NCBI GenBank assembly: GCA_035326705.1 | Contig: DAOLES010000001.1 | Location: 116,762 to 180,761, forward strand | Reading direction: 5' to 3' | Origin: Oligoflexia bacterium | GTDB lineage: Bacteria; Bdellovibrionota_G; JALEGL01 | DNA: 64,000 nt | Shown: positions 9,854 through 18,847 of the stretch, in pieces | Layout: every line of letters starts with the position of its first letter | Position numbering within the stretch: the stretch's first letter is position 1 | Position numbers and translations under genes: made by a program | Notes under the pieces: generated by a model | What the model was told of the DNA's origin: nothing | The model's input: only the letters and a program-made list of their open reading frames with translations | Databases searched by the model: none

Positions 9854-10174
9854 TTATTTGTTTTTAAGGTGTTTTTTAAGCGTGGCGTAGGCGGCGTTAA
9901 TGCTTTGCATTTTAGGGTCATTTGCACTTGAATTAGCATTGGTATCAGGATGGTACTTTTTTGATAACGTTCTATACTGACTTTTAACTTCTTCTAAAGA
10001 AGCATTGGGTTGTAGATTTAAAACTTTGTATGCAGCTTGAATGCTGTTTTGAGAAAGATTGATATTAAGTTTATTGGTCTGAAAAAAGATTTTTTTCAAA
10101 TAATAAAATAGAAAATAAATCGCTAAAATAAAAAGAATTTTCCTTAGTAACAACATAAAACTGTATACGATCAT
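9854..10174 (-). CDS. Small membrane-anchored J-domain (DnaJ-like) protein
   Basis: N-terminal TM helix. C-terminal J domain with YKVLNL...YRTLSKKYHPDTN (HPD motif). Confidence 0.7.
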   Translation of the reverse strand: MIVYSFMLLLRKILFILAIYFLFYYLKKIFFQTNKLNINLSQNSIQAAYKVLNLQPNASLEEVKSQYRTLSKKYHPDTNANSSANDPKMQSINAAYATLKKHLKNK

Positions 10175-10293
10175 AGCTGTAAATAAAGCTCAATATAAAA
10201 TTAAAAAATAATTCTTATCAAAGCCATTGCACGAAATTGGCTATTGTAGACTGAAAAGCTTGATTTTTTTTGCTGCTAGCATAGGTTGAATGC

Positions 10294-10671
10294 ATGTTTT
10301 GGTTAAGGTGGTCTGTAGCTCAATGTGGTTTAGCAGTTGTTTTTGGCGCATTTGCGGCACATTGGCTTAAATCATCTTTATCTGCCTATGAATTACAAGT
10401 ATTTGAAAAGGCAGTTCGCTATCAATTTTTCCATGGTTTGGCCATGATAGCGGTAGTTCTCATTATTAAGCAATATGCTTTGCAACTCAATAAAGTTCTT
10501 TCTTGTTTTGGACTAGGTAGCATAGCATTTTGTGGCTCATTGTATTGTTATACGTTATTTAAAATAAAGATCTTTGTGTTTATTACTCCCTTTGGTGGGG
10601 TTCTATGGACCATAGGCTGGTTGTTGTTATTTCTAAAATTAAAAAAGGTTAAAGGTAACACATATACATAG
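10294..10671 (+). CDS. DUF423 family membrane protein
   Basis: 4 TM helices. LAVVFGAFAAHWLK resembles the DUF423 N-terminal signature. Confidence 0.55.
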   Translation: MFWLRWSVAQCGLAVVFGAFAAHWLKSSLSAYELQVFEKAVRYQFFHGLAMIAVVLIIKQYALQLNKVLSCFGLGSIAFCGSLYCYTLFKIKIFVFITPFGGVLWTIGWLLLFLKLKKVKGNTYT

Positions 10672-10729
10672 TGATAATTATGAATAACAGTAAGCAAGGT
10701 AAAGCTTAATGTTTTGAAAGTAGGTTGGT

Positions 10730-11623
10730 TTGTTTAAAAAACTCAACATTTTAATTATTGGTGGGAATCGTTTTTTTGGAAAAAAATTAGCCCAGATATT
10801 ATCAAAGCAAGGGCATAGAGTAACATTGCTTAATCGTGGAAATATGCATGATAACTTGGGTGATGCAGTGAAAAGAATTGTTTGTGATCGATTGGATTTG
10901 CCAAAGATGAAACAACTGACTTCTGGTTTACAGTGGGATGTTGTATTTGATCAAGTTTGTTTTGATTATAAAACTGCAAAACAGAGCTGTGAGATTTTTA
11001 AACAAAAAGTTAAAAAATATATTTTTATTTCATCGCAGTCAGTATACGACCTTGCTTCAAACCTTATAGAAGAAGATTTTGTAGCCAAAAAGCATCAAAT
11101 AAAATCTTATAAAAGTAAAGATCAAAATTATGCAGAAGCCAAAAGGCAAGCAGAATATGCTTTTGAAAAGTATGCTGAGTTTCAAACAGTTATGGTTCGT
11201 TTTCCAATAGTTTTAGGAAATGATGATTATACACAAAGATTTCAATGGCACATAAGAGCAGTGCAGACAAAAAAAACAATTTATTTTTTAAACTCACGAG
11301 CAAAAATGTCTATGATTAGTTCAGACTTGGCTGCTGAGGCATTAAATCAATTAATTTTTATAGACCATCAAGGACCTTTGAATATTGCAAGTTCAAAAGC
11401 TTTAGCTTTGTCTGATTTTATGCAGCTGCTTGCCAAAGAATTAAATGTTGAGCGACCAAAGCTTGAAAATACGGACAACATTGTGGATAAAGATGTATCT
11501 CCATATGCAATTGAAAAAGATTGGTATATGAACTGTGAAAAAATGCTTGGCTTGGGAATTAACCTGCCTGAAGTAAAACAGTGGTTGCCTCACATGCTTG
11601 AAAAATCGATTAAGCTTAGTTGA
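10730..11623 (+). CDS. NAD(P)-dependent epimerase/dehydratase-family (extended SDR) protein
   Basis: N-terminal Rossmann motif ILIIGGNRFFGKKL. TTG start. Confidence 0.6.
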   Translation: MFKKLNILIIGGNRFFGKKLAQILSKQGHRVTLLNRGNMHDNLGDAVKRIVCDRLDLPKMKQLTSGLQWDVVFDQVCFDYKTAKQSCEIFKQKVKKYIFISSQSVYDLASNLIEEDFVAKKHQIKSYKSKDQNYAEAKRQAEYAFEKYAEFQTVMVRFPIVLGNDDYTQRFQWHIRAVQTKKTIYFLNSRAKMSMISSDLAAEALNQLIFIDHQGPLNIASSKALALSDFMQLLAKELNVERPKLENTDNIVDKDVSPYAIEKDWYMNCEKMLGLGINLPEVKQWLPHMLEKSIKLS

Positions 11624-11645
11624 ATTAAGTGTTGTGTATGTTTTT

Positions 11646-12701
11646 TTATTTAGAAATATGTTCAACAATGTAACGAGTACATTGAGACTCTTGTTTGAGT
11701 TGAAAAATATTGGAGTGATCAGTAGGATTTTGTTGATTGTTTATCCACATGTGCGCCTCATTCATGTTGTGTAAGGCTCTAAAGTATGAAGTTCCAGAAA
11801 AACGTGGATTGATTTCAAAAATATAAAACTTTCCATTGATCCAACGCCCTTGAAAGTTTAATGCACAGCTAGACTCTAGAGTTTGTGCAATTTTGATACA
11901 TTGTTTTTGAATTTCTTGATGATCCATTAAAATCCCCTGACTAAAGCCTGAACTGATCTTTAATGCATTTCCTAATTCTTGTTTTGAACTCATATTATCA
12001 ACAGATGTTTTAACACTCAAAGGGTTAGAGAGGTTTCTGTGTAAAGTAACTGCGCCCAGTAATTGTTTTTTTGCACTATGCAATACACCAACTGTAAACT
12101 CCTGCTCCCAAGAGCCAACATATTGTTGGATATAAAATAGAGAAGGATCAATTTTTGAGAGCGTTAGGGTAGCTTGGATATCGTCAAAATTTTGGACTAT
12201 ATACGTATGTTTTGATCCACCAGAACCTTGATAGGGTTTTAAAATAAGTGGAAAATCACTGTCATTAATAGAATCAAGATTTTTAAATGTTTTAGGTGTG
12301 TAGAAACCATTATTTAATAAAAATTCTGATAAAAGTAACTTATTGCTACACGTTTTAAGTACTTTTTCAGAGTTGCTAATCCATTGAATAGAGTTTTTAA
12401 TTAATTTTTCTCTATTTGTATTTAGTTGCTGTTGCTCTGGTTCTGAGCCATCAATCAAATAGTCAATATTAAAGTTTTTATAGATTTCAATAATTGTGTT
12501 TATATAGTTAGGGTCAGAAGCCAAGGGAACTTGTTTAAATGCAGATAATTTAATTTTTGGATGCATAAAAATATTACTTGAAGCATCAACACCAAAAATA
12601 TTATAGTATTTATTCATAAGCGATAGACTTTTAGCAACTTGAGCGCCATAACTATTGCCAGATATGGCGGTGATTAAAATATTTAATGGTTTCTTTTCCA
12701 T
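11646..12701 (-). CDS. ATP-grasp domain protein (carboxylate-amine ligase type)
   Basis: Central PLILKPYQGSGGSKHTYIV plus downstream FEINPRFSG (ATP-grasp Mg/ATP region). Overlaps the upstream metallophosphoesterase gene by 19 nt. Confidence 0.55.
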   Translation of the reverse strand: MEKKPLNILITAISGNSYGAQVAKSLSLMNKYYNIFGVDASSNIFMHPKIKLSAFKQVPLASDPNYINTIIEIYKNFNIDYLIDGSEPEQQQLNTNREKLIKNSIQWISNSEKVLKTCSNKLLLSEFLLNNGFYTPKTFKNLDSINDSDFPLILKPYQGSGGSKHTYIVQNFDDIQATLTLSKIDPSLFYIQQYVGSWEQEFTVGVLHSAKKQLLGAVTLHRNLSNPLSVKTSVDNMSSKQELGNALKISSGFSQGILMDHQEIQKQCIKIAQTLESSCALNFQGRWINGKFYIFEINPRFSGTSYFRALHNMNEAHMWINNQQNPTDHSNIFQLKQESQCTRYIVEHISK

Positions 12702-13339
12702 ACGGCAGTAATTTCCTGTTCAAGGTCTTGATGTGTTTGAGCAATATGCTGCAGTGATGCTCTGATGTCAAAACGTTCAATTGTAAATGAGTTACTGAGG
12801 GCATCATAAATACCAAATGAGCCTAAGTGACCTTGGTCTCTTGGAAATCCACAGCTTCCGACATTAACAACTAAAGTGTCATCTATTTGTTTTGTGAATG
12901 GTCTATGTGTTGCGCCAAATACCAAGAGGTCTATACCCTTAGGTGGGGTGATGTCAGAATCAGTATAAGTGTAACCATAGATTGGATCGTTTAAAGAGCC
13001 ATGTTGTATTTGTATTTTTTTATTTATAAGTTGAAACTCTAATTGGGTGGGCCAAGTTTTTATAGTTGGAATAATTGAAGTGTTAAGGTGTTGTTTTAAA
13101 CGGTAATACTTTTCTTTATTATCGGGTATCTGATTATCTATAAGCATTTGTTCATGATTGCCACGGACTGCAATGATTTTATGTTGGTGAATCATGTTAA
13201 CAATGTCTGGGCTATCAAAATAACCTACGGCATCACCCAAAAAAAATATTTTTTCTACATGGTATTTTTTTAGAAGTTCAAGAGCTTGAGAAAAAGCATT
13301 TATGTTTCCATGAGCATCAGATAAAAAACCAACTAACAT
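12683..13339 (-). CDS. Metallophosphoesterase (calcineurin-like, YfcE/MJ0936 type)
   Basis: SDAHGN, FFLGDAVGY, RGNHE and late GATH motifs. Confidence 0.75.
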   Translation of the reverse strand: MLVGFLSDAHGNINAFSQALELLKKYHVEKIFFLGDAVGYFDSPDIVNMIHQHKIIAVRGNHEQMLIDNQIPDNKEKYYRLKQHLNTSIIPTIKTWPTQLEFQLINKKIQIQHGSLNDPIYGYTYTDSDITPPKGIDLLVFGATHRPFTKQIDDTLVVNVGSCGFPRDQGHLGSFGIYDALSNSFTIERFDIRASLQHIAQTHQDLEQEITAVWKRNH

Positions 13340-13440
13340 CTTAATATACTATTGTACGCATATAATCATAGTGCAACAATATTTTTTTAAGTTTGTTTTT
13401 TTGTTGTCAGATAAATTAAATAATTTTTTTAGCAGAAACA

Positions 13441-14220
13441 GTGCAGCTTTATAGAAGTAATGGTTTACATATCTATTGCCTATGCTTTTATTGTCAGGTA
13501 GTATATTTCGTCGTGTCATCGGATGTACAATCACCCATTAACTCTTTAAGTGTTGTTGTTACTGCTTATAATGAAGAAGAATGTTTGGAAATTTTTATTT
13601 CCGAGCTGCTAGAGTTTTTAAATACCCAATCACAACAATATGAAATCATCATTGTAGATGATGGATCAACAGATGATACGCCAAGTATCATTGACAAGTT
13701 GCAACATCAGTTTAAAACAATAAATGCATTGCGCTTGGAAAAAAATACTGGAATGGGAGCAGCATTAAAGGCAGGTTTTAAGTGTTCAAGATTGGATTGG
13801 ATAACTTTTTTTCCTGCAGATGGACAAATAAAGCCTACAGAACTTATGACAATGGCCCAAGCTGTTTTAAATGAGGACTTAGATTGTGTTACTAGTATGT
13901 ACTTTAAAAGAAACTATAATTTAAAACGCAAAATTATCAGTGCCGTTATTCATAATTTGACAAAGTTTATTCTAGGTAGGGACCCTCAAACTCAGGGTAT
14001 TTATATGCTTAAAAAATCGGTGTATGACGCTCTTAATCTTTACTCAAACACATTTCTATTTAATCTTGAACTGCCTGTTAAAGTCCAAAATGCTGGTTAT
14101 AAGTTTAGGTCAGTTAAAATTAGGTTGAGTCCAAGGATAGCAGGAGTGTCAAAAGCGATGCAAAAACCAAGAATCATGTCTACACTTTTGGAAATGCTAT
14201 TGGTGCGTTTAAAAGGCTAA
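13441..14220 (+). CDS. Family 2 glycosyltransferase (DPM/DPG-synthase-like)
   Basis: SVVVTAYNEEE...IIIVDDGSTDDT (GT-A DxD region). Alternative in-frame GTG start at 13513 would remove an odd Cys/aromatic-rich 24-aa leader. Confidence 0.7.
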   Translation: MQLYRSNGLHIYCLCFYCQVVYFVVSSDVQSPINSLSVVVTAYNEEECLEIFISELLEFLNTQSQQYEIIIVDDGSTDDTPSIIDKLQHQFKTINALRLEKNTGMGAALKAGFKCSRLDWITFFPADGQIKPTELMTMAQAVLNEDLDCVTSMYFKRNYNLKRKIISAVIHNLTKFILGRDPQTQGIYMLKKSVYDALNLYSNTFLFNLELPVKVQNAGYKFRSVKIRLSPRIAGVSKAMQKPRIMSTLLEMLLVRLKG

Positions 14221-14340
14221 ATTACCTGATATAGCATTAATATTTAAAACCACCTTTGAAGTACGCAGCGAGTCATTTGCCCTTTTAGAGACTATCTATC
14301 TGTTTTTTTTATATTTTTATATGTGTTTTTGTTTTTATAG

Positions 14341-14372
14341 TTGACAAATACAGTTGCCCTACATTACATTAT
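14341..14372 (+). promoter_or_regulatory. Sigma70-like promoter candidate (TTGACA -N17/18- TACATTAT) for the 14459 gene
   Basis: Perfect -35 hexamer and an extended A/T-rich -10 read from the sequence. AAGGAG RBS at 14445-14450, 8 nt before the TTG start. Confidence 0.4.
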
Positions 14373-14458
14373 ACCGCACTAGAATAGTACGCATGTAAAG
14401 TGATTTTTTGAGTATGTCGAAAACATCAATTTGCGCCACCTTTTAAGGAGATATTATT

Positions 14459-15208
14459 TTGAAAAATAAAACATCATCTACCCAAACCCAAATTGTGCCC
14501 CCAATTACGGATGAAGATTTAAATACAGATGCTTTTTTTAGTGAGTTGGATATTGCTTTTGAAGAAATTCAAATGGATCCAACGCCAGTAAAGAAAAAAG
14601 TTGATAAATCAAAAGCCAGAAAATCGGCTTTTGCTAGAAGAACAGCTAAATCTGGGGCGCTAGAAGTGGGTCCAATGCAGCAAACATATGTTTCACTTGC
14701 AAAAGAACACCTAAAACCAATTTCTAGATACCTAAAAGCAATTAGGCAAGGGATAAGTTCTAAAGAATTACTTGAAGTTATTACTCTTATTGTTGAGCCA
14801 TTGAGCGTTAAAACCAAAAAAGTGGGTTTATCTCAGCATGCTAAGTCTCTGCGTGACTTTAATAAAGTTGTTAAGAACATTTTAGCTGTAAAACAAAAGA
14901 AAATTAAAGCTTCTGAAATTAAAAGTTTGGTATTTGCTTATGCCTTGGTTAAAAAAGATTTTGGATTAAACTATAGAGGACACTCAACGGCAGTTTTAAA
15001 TGTATTGGCATTTTATAGAACATTAAAGAAAAGCAAAAAAGTAAAAGACCTAGATATAAAGCGTTTATTTTCTATTGGAGTGCCATCTATCACCATGCTA
15101 AGGCAAACTTCACTTGAAGAGCTATCTAGCTTAACCGGTATTTCTATTGATAAAGTCAAAGACTTACGTGATCTGGCTCGCAATTTTACCTTGTTTGAGC
15201 TTGTTTAA
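14459..15208 (+). CDS. Hypothetical protein with lysine/arginine-rich N-terminal region and C-terminal helix-hairpin-helix-like motif
   Basis: TTG start with strong AAGGAG RBS. Basic tract KKKVDKSKARKSAFARR. C-terminal LEELSSLTGISIDKVKDL resembles HhH DNA-binding motifs. No confident family. Confidence 0.45.
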   Translation: MKNKTSSTQTQIVPPITDEDLNTDAFFSELDIAFEEIQMDPTPVKKKVDKSKARKSAFARRTAKSGALEVGPMQQTYVSLAKEHLKPISRYLKAIRQGISSKELLEVITLIVEPLSVKTKKVGLSQHAKSLRDFNKVVKNILAVKQKKIKASEIKSLVFAYALVKKDFGLNYRGHSTAVLNVLAFYRTLKKSKKVKDLDIKRLFSIGVPSITMLRQTSLEELSSLTGISIDKVKDLRDLARNFTLFELV

Positions 15209-15250
15209 ATCTATTAATCTGGAAAACTTACTTTCCACCTTGTCCTAGTA

Positions 15251-15281
15251 AAAGGGAGCTGAGAAATCAACTCCCTTTTTT
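15251..15281 (+). terminator. Rho-independent terminator candidate (8-bp AAAGGGAG/CTCCCTTT stem, 12-nt loop, T6)
   Basis: Hairpin and T-tract read from the sequence. Lies between the 14459 gene and the Pif1-like gene, abutting the latter's ATG. Confidence 0.45.
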
Positions 15282-16592
15282 ATGATCTATGGTATAAGAA
15301 AACTGCAAATGCAAAGAGAGCAAATAGTTCAGTTAAGTGAAGAACAGCAGAATGCGATGAACACAATTGTTGAGGAAGGTAATTATTTTATTACTGGCCC
15401 CGCAGGAGCAGGTAAAAGCTTTTTTGTTAAATATTATATCACTCAACTACTGAAGAAGTATTCTAAAAAAGAAATCGTTGTTCTTGGTAGTACAGGCGCG
15501 GCCGCAATTTTGGTGGGGGGGAGAACTTTCCATAGTTTTTTTGGTTTAGGGATAGGCCAAGGCACACATGAGCAAATCGTTAGTAGAGCTGTGGACAATA
15601 AACGGGTTGCATGGCGTTTACGCAAAGCAAGAGTTATTATTATTGATGAAGTATCTATGATACCAGGACAGCTTTTGGCTGCTTCGGAGCATGTTGCAAG
15701 ACTTGTAAGAGAAACTGACCAGCCATGGGGTGGTTTAAAAATAATATGTGTTGGAGATTTTGCGCAATTGCCTCCGGTATCACAAGACTATCAAAAGCCT
15801 TGGGCCTTTATGCATCCAGTTTGGCAGTACAGTGGTTTTGAGCCAATTATTTTTGATAAAAGTATACGCAGCGAAGACGCATATTTTTTAGAACATCTAC
15901 ATCAAATTAGAAAAGGTACATTTTCACAAACCACAGCTAGTTTTTTAGATAGTTTGATGGAGCATGAGCAAAAAGAATTTTCTACGCACTTGTATGCTAG
16001 AAAAAATCAAGTGGCTGCCTACAATGCTGCAAAACTAAATGAAATAGATGAGAGCAGTAGTTTTTTTACTACAGTTTATCAAGGGAATGAACGTTATTTA
16101 GAAGGCTTTAAAAGAAGTTTACCTATTGAGGATATTATTGAACTTAAAGTGGGTGCTTTGGTGATGATTAGAATCAATGATCCTAAAATGCGCTATGTTA
16201 ATGGTACGCTTGCAAGGGTTGTTAAAACTGAACCTGAACTACTCCATTTGTTGACTGAAAAAGGACAAACAATTGAACTTGAAAAAGTAAAATTTTCTTT
16301 GCTTAATGCTGACGCGGAAATTGCATTAACTGCTGAAAATTTTCCTGTGAGCTTGGCTTGGGCTTCAACCATTCATAAAATCCAGGGTGCAACAATAGAT
16401 AGAATTAGGGTTGGGATAGAAAACTTATGGGAACCGGGGCAGGCTTATGTTGCTTTATCAAGAGTAAGAAAAGCAGAAGATATTGAGTTGATCTCATGGG
16501 ATGAAAAGAGTCTTATGGCAGATCCTATGGTGATGCAGTTTTATGATGAAGGGTGTCCAGTTGATTTTAGTGATAGGTTTGAGATTTTCTAA
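15282..16592 (+). CDS. Pif1/RecD-family 5'-3' DNA helicase (AAA_30 + Pif1-like)
   Basis: Walker A GPAGAGKS. Pif1 signature-like VLGSTGAAAILVGGRTFHSFFGL. Walker B IIIDEVSM. C-terminal SRVRKAEDIEL. Confidence 0.8.
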   Translation: MIYGIRKLQMQREQIVQLSEEQQNAMNTIVEEGNYFITGPAGAGKSFFVKYYITQLLKKYSKKEIVVLGSTGAAAILVGGRTFHSFFGLGIGQGTHEQIVSRAVDNKRVAWRLRKARVIIIDEVSMIPGQLLAASEHVARLVRETDQPWGGLKIICVGDFAQLPPVSQDYQKPWAFMHPVWQYSGFEPIIFDKSIRSEDAYFLEHLHQIRKGTFSQTTASFLDSLMEHEQKEFSTHLYARKNQVAAYNAAKLNEIDESSSFFTTVYQGNERYLEGFKRSLPIEDIIELKVGALVMIRINDPKMRYVNGTLARVVKTEPELLHLLTEKGQTIELEKVKFSLLNADAEIALTAENFPVSLAWASTIHKIQGATIDRIRVGIENLWEPGQAYVALSRVRKAEDIELISWDEKSLMADPMVMQFYDEGCPVDFSDRFEIF

Positions 16593-16681
16593 AAAAAGTC
16601 GCAGTATTTAACTTAAGTATACGTATACAGTCTTGAATTTATTGATCTATACTTGGAATGAAATTTGCTTTATAGTGACCT

Positions 16682-17341
16682 ATGTTAGCACTCATGGAAA
16701 AGCTTTTTAGAAAACAAGTAAAAGCCAGTATAATTTTACCAACATATAATAGAAAAAATTTTTTAAAACGAGCTATAAACTCAGTATTAATGCAAGAATA
16801 TATGCATTGGGAGTTGATCATTGTAGATGATGGAAGCACAGATGGTACGTATCAGTATTTGTGGCAAAATTATAATCAGTTCACCAACATTAAAATACTA
16901 CAAATTCAAAACTCTGGACCTGCAATTGCAATGAATATTGGAGCCAAAGAGGCCACTGGAGAAATATTATTTTTTTTAGGAAGCGATGATGCGATAGTTA
17001 ATAATCATCTATCTTTTAGGATGAAAATGCATATTCAAAACCCTAATACAGATATATTTCATGGTGGCATAAAAGTTATTGGTGATCATTGGGTGGTAGA
17101 TAAATACAATCCAGGGCAAAAAGTTAATATTTATCAATGTTTTGCTGGAGGCACTTTTTCTGTCAAAAAACGTGTTTTTCATACGTTAAATGGGTTTAAA
17201 AATTTAAAGTTTGCATCAGATACAGATTTTATTGAAAGAGCAATAAAACAATTTCAAGTTACAAAAATAGATCTTCCCACAACTTATATTTATTACCGAG
17301 ACCATGATAATACGATAACAAAAAATATACTCTCAGATTAA
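16682..17341 (+). CDS. Family 2 glycosyltransferase
   Basis: ASIILPTYNRKNFL...LIIVDDGSTDGT GT-A motifs. Confidence 0.75.
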   Translation: MLALMEKLFRKQVKASIILPTYNRKNFLKRAINSVLMQEYMHWELIIVDDGSTDGTYQYLWQNYNQFTNIKILQIQNSGPAIAMNIGAKEATGEILFFLGSDDAIVNNHLSFRMKMHIQNPNTDIFHGGIKVIGDHWVVDKYNPGQKVNIYQCFAGGTFSVKKRVFHTLNGFKNLKFASDTDFIERAIKQFQVTKIDLPTTYIYYRDHDNTITKNILSD

Positions 17342-17380
17342 AAAACAAGCTTTTTTGCCTGGAAAAGGTATATAGGCCGC

Positions 17381-18847
17381 ATGCACTTAGAAAAACTTTA
17401 CCGAGTTTTGGTTTTGGCCAATGTGCTTTTTTTTAGCTCTTATAGTCAAGCGCAAACTGTGGTTGACCTGTCTATAAATAATATTTTTCAACGTCTTGAG
17501 CGTGTATCGTTTGACTATCAATTGGCGGTGCTAGAAACTAAAATTTTAGAAAGCCAGCGTGAAAGCCTTTTAGGAGTATATGATCCAACCCTGAATACGC
17601 AATTGGGCTATCAATTGGATGCCAGTGATCCAGTTAATGCTGTTTTTGGTACTCGTAATGATACATTATCCTATACTGCGAATGTTCAAAAAAACTTTAA
17701 ATATGGTACTTCTGTAGAGTTTGGATTTTTAGGTTCTAGTCAATCTAGTAATAGTCCTTTTGTTGCCCTTGATCCAGCAATCGATAATCAATGGTATTTG
17801 AAATTAAGACAGTCACTGTGGAAAAACGGCTTAGGTGGAAATATTATTCGTGAAATAAAAGCGCTTGAGAATAGAACTGAAGGTTCAAAAATATTAAGCC
17901 AAAGAAGAAAAGAAATGCTTTTGGCCAGTATATTATTAAGTATTGTTCAATTAGAATACAGTAACAGTGAACAATTAATTTTAAGTCAAGCCTATCAAAG
18001 AGCTTTAGACTTGTACGATAACACAGAAAAAAGACGGCGTTTAGGAGTAGCTAATAAATCTGATGTTATGGCAAGTTCTGCTAATACTTTGACTAGAGAG
18101 CAAAATCTGCAACAGTCTGACAGTCAGTACAGTAATGCCTGTAGAGAACTTTTGTATTTACTTGCATACAATTTAGATCAATACCAATGTAAAAGAAATA
18201 ACTCTCTGGATGTCAAGATTTGGCAATATCTAGAACAGTCAAAACCGGATGCTCAACATGGAGAACTGATTAAAATTGAAAAAGATATTTTAGCCCAACA
18301 ATTAATTGTTGAAACATTTAAGAATCGTTTAAAGCCAGATTTAAACTTAATTTTAGAACTTGCCTCCAACGGAGTTAATGATGATTGGGCAGCATCCTTT
18401 AAAGAAAGCTTAAGTGTGAGTAACCCTAATTTTTTTGCAGGTATAGAACTCAGTGTCCCCTTAGGGAACAAAAAAAACAAAAATGATCTTAAACGTGAAA
18501 AAATCATCAATGATCAATTGAAATTACAACTACAACGTTTACAGTTAATGATAGAGAAAGACTATTTAAATGCGTATCAAAACTATAAGGGCTATAAAAA
18601 ACAATGGGAGCTTTCACTTAAGCAAGTTGATATTGAAGAAAAAAAATTAAAAGAAAAAGATAATGATTTTAAGATAGGTCGCGCAGAAATTGCAGATGTT
18701 ATTTTATATCAACAAGATGTTTTAAGTGCTCAATTGAATGTTAAACGAAATGAAACTCAGATGCATATTGCAATGATTAATAAAGCATTGGCTGAAGGTA
18801 GTTTACTTAATTTATTGAAGGAAGCTCAAAATAGGAACAAGCAATGA
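17381..18847 (+). CDS. TolC-family outer membrane efflux protein
   Basis: Signal peptide. Two-repeat coiled-coil/beta architecture typical of OMF proteins. Translationally coupled (ATGA) to the downstream RND gene. Confidence 0.75.
   Translation: MHLEKLYRVLVLANVLFFSSYSQAQTVVDLSINNIFQRLERVSFDYQLAVLETKILESQRESLLGVYDPTLNTQLGYQLDASDPVNAVFGTRNDTLSYTANVQKNFKYGTSVEFGFLGSSQSSNSPFVALDPAIDNQWYLKLRQSLWKNGLGGNIIREIKALENRTEGSKILSQRRKEMLLASILLSIVQLEYSNSEQLILSQAYQRALDLYDNTEKRRRLGVANKSDVMASSANTLTREQNLQQSDSQYSNACRELLYLLAYNLDQYQCKRNNSLDVKIWQYLEQSKPDAQHGELIKIEKDILAQQLIVETFKNRLKPDLNLILELASNGVNDDWAASFKESLSVSNPNFFAGIELSVPLGNKKNKNDLKREKIINDQLKLQLQRLQLMIEKDYLNAYQNYKGYKKQWELSLKQVDIEEKKLKEKDNDFKIGRAEIADVILYQQDVLSAQLNVKRNETQMHIAMINKALAEGSLLNLLKEAQNRNKQ

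Noticed and set aside
11441-11668. ORF 11441-11668 (-)
   Set aside because: Overlaps the 3' end of the epimerase gene and the start region of the ATP-grasp gene. No independent support.
13349-13534. ORF 13349-13534 (-) in the divergent promoter region between the metallophosphoesterase and GT2 genes
   Set aside because: 61 codons, overlaps the GT2 5' end, no RBS. More likely promoter DNA.
16639-16839. ORF 16639-16839 (-) overlapping the GT2 start
   Set aside because: Opposite strand of the GT2 N-terminus carrying the conserved DxD region. No support.
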